Source of the DNA: Nitrospirota bacterium | Lineage (GTDB): Bacteria; Nitrospirota; Nitrospiria; JBHHUU01 | Assembly: GCA_046753905.1 (NCBI GenBank) | Contig: JBHHUU010000003.1 | Coordinates: 1-40,161 of the forward strand | DNA: 40,161 nt | Reading direction: 5' to 3' | Shown here: in pieces, positions 39,147 to 40,161 of the stretch | Numbering within the stretch: the first letter of the stretch is position 1 | Layout: each line of letters begins with the position of its first letter | Notes under the pieces: model-generated | Told to the model about the DNA's origin: nothing | Databases searched by the model: none | What the model saw: the letters and a program-made list of their open reading frames with translations, nothing else | Position numbers and translations under genes: made by a program

Positions 39147-39174
39147 AATTTTCCCTCCTTTTTCATAACTTCTC

Positions 39175-39253
39175 AAATCACCCTAAATCCCCATTTACTA
39201 AAGGGGGACTTTCCTATATTTCCCCCTTTGGAAAAGGGGGGTAGGGGGGATTT
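39175..39253. repeat. Composite palindromic CCCC-TTT..AAAGGGGG intergenic repeat
   Basis: Two small hairpins (CCCCATTT-ACT-AAAGGGGG; CCCCCTTT-GG-AAAAGGGGG) arranged as an overall inverted repeat closed by AAATC...GATTT. Confidence 0.7.
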
Positions 39254-39293
39254 TCCTCAACTTATTGAGAAGTCACCCTTTTTTCCTCTAAGG

Positions 39294-40025
39294 TTATCTT
39301 TTATAAGGTATCTTTCTCAATAAAGTAACAGAGATTGATAACAACATCTTAAAGATATAATAAAGAGGCTTGATGCCGCTATGCATTGTCTTTTTATTAT
39401 AGACCTTTTCATGCATTACAACAGGCAGTTCTTTTATTCTAAAACCGGCTCTATGTAGCATAATGATTACATCTGCATCAGGATAATCAACAGGATAATA
39501 TTCACTCGCATAAAAACGGATAGATTCTTTATTTAATGCCTGAAACCCTGATGTAGGATCTGTAACCTTCTGTCTTATAATAAGAGAGGCAATTGTTCCA
39601 AAGATAAGAATACCTATCATTCGAGGTAAGGTAGATCTATAACCTCCTTTTAGATATCTGGAGCCGATCGCCACATCAGTATCCCCCGTTTCTACTGCAT
39701 TTAGAAGAGAGGGGATGAATTTTGGATCATGCTGCCCATCTCCATCAATCTGCACAGCATAGTCATAATCATTTTTAATAGCATATTTGAACCCTGTCTG
39801 AAGGGCAGCACCATATCCCATATTAAAGGGCAATCTTATAACTTCTGCCCCTGTACTTCTTGCCGCCTTGCAAGTATTATCATCTGATCCATCATCTACT
39901 ACAAGTATATCTATATCTTGCTGAATAGATATTATATCTCTTATTACATTTGATATATTATCTTCTTCATTATATGCCGGTATGATTATTATTTTAGATT
40001 TTCTGTTCATAGGTAAGATATACAC
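39294..40025 (-). CDS. Glycosyltransferase family 2 (polyprenol-phosphate hexosyltransferase-like)
   Basis: IIPAYNEE, VVDDGSDD, NMGYGAALQTG, DGDGQH, GSRY, DPTSGF; start may be ATG 40010. Confidence 0.92.
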   Translation of the reverse strand: MYILPMNRKSKIIIIPAYNEEDNISNVIRDIISIQQDIDILVVDDGSDDNTCKAARSTGAEVIRLPFNMGYGAALQTGFKYAIKNDYDYAVQIDGDGQHDPKFIPSLLNAVETGDTDVAIGSRYLKGGYRSTLPRMIGILIFGTIASLIIRQKVTDPTSGFQALNKESIRFYASEYYPVDYPDADVIIMLHRAGFRIKELPVVMHEKVYNKKTMHSGIKPLYYIFKMLLSISVTLLRKIPYKR

Positions 40026-40085
40026 CTATTCTATCATATCCTTCTTCTGATGTTAAACTTATTTTTGATAAATTCCTACCTGTCT

Positions 40086-40161
40086 GTAACTATTCAGCTA
40101 ATACAGAGCAAGGGGTTCCAAAGACTTTATAATGCGTATGATTATAACAAATTTATTCAGA
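40086..40161. mobile_element. Second copy of the IS66-like element end, truncated by the window edge
   Basis: 73/76 identical to the reverse complement of 25301-25376, starting GTAACTATTCAG. Confidence 0.88.

Overview
AT-rich bacterial genomic window. The extended RpoZ and the yicC-remA-gmk-rpoZ context suggest a Nitrospirota-like lineage (inference only). The left end is a housekeeping operon on the minus strand; yicC carries an in-frame TAA and remA appears to start at CTG. The central ~36 kb accessory region has three parts. (1) Two sigma54-type promoters share a phased GAAAAnnTTTTC upstream array. The first precedes a secreted orphan protein, then a lone receiver, a stand-alone C25 propeptide and a PorU/gingipain-like C25 protease with a CFI-box C-terminus. 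The second precedes a ~5,580-aa surface protein (Asp-box propeller, 6 chitobiase-C-like repeats, 34 FN3 repeats, unassigned repeats). (2) A lipoprotein serine hydrolase. (3) A tight six-gene operon: FadL channel, PilZ fused to an HMG-CoA-reductase-like enzyme whose HMG-binding residues are replaced mostly by hydrophobic ones, a multi-TM/GAF double hybrid kinase, a REC-kinase, a sigma54 activator and a REC-HD-GYP protein. The best candidate for an undescribed system is a lipid-signal circuit analogous to DSF/Rpf, with an HMGR-fold signal synthase controlling a giant adhesin and its putative C25 sortase. An IS66-like MITE supplies the stop codon of the giant gene and recurs at the window end. 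All family calls are by-eye motif recognition; no searches were run.
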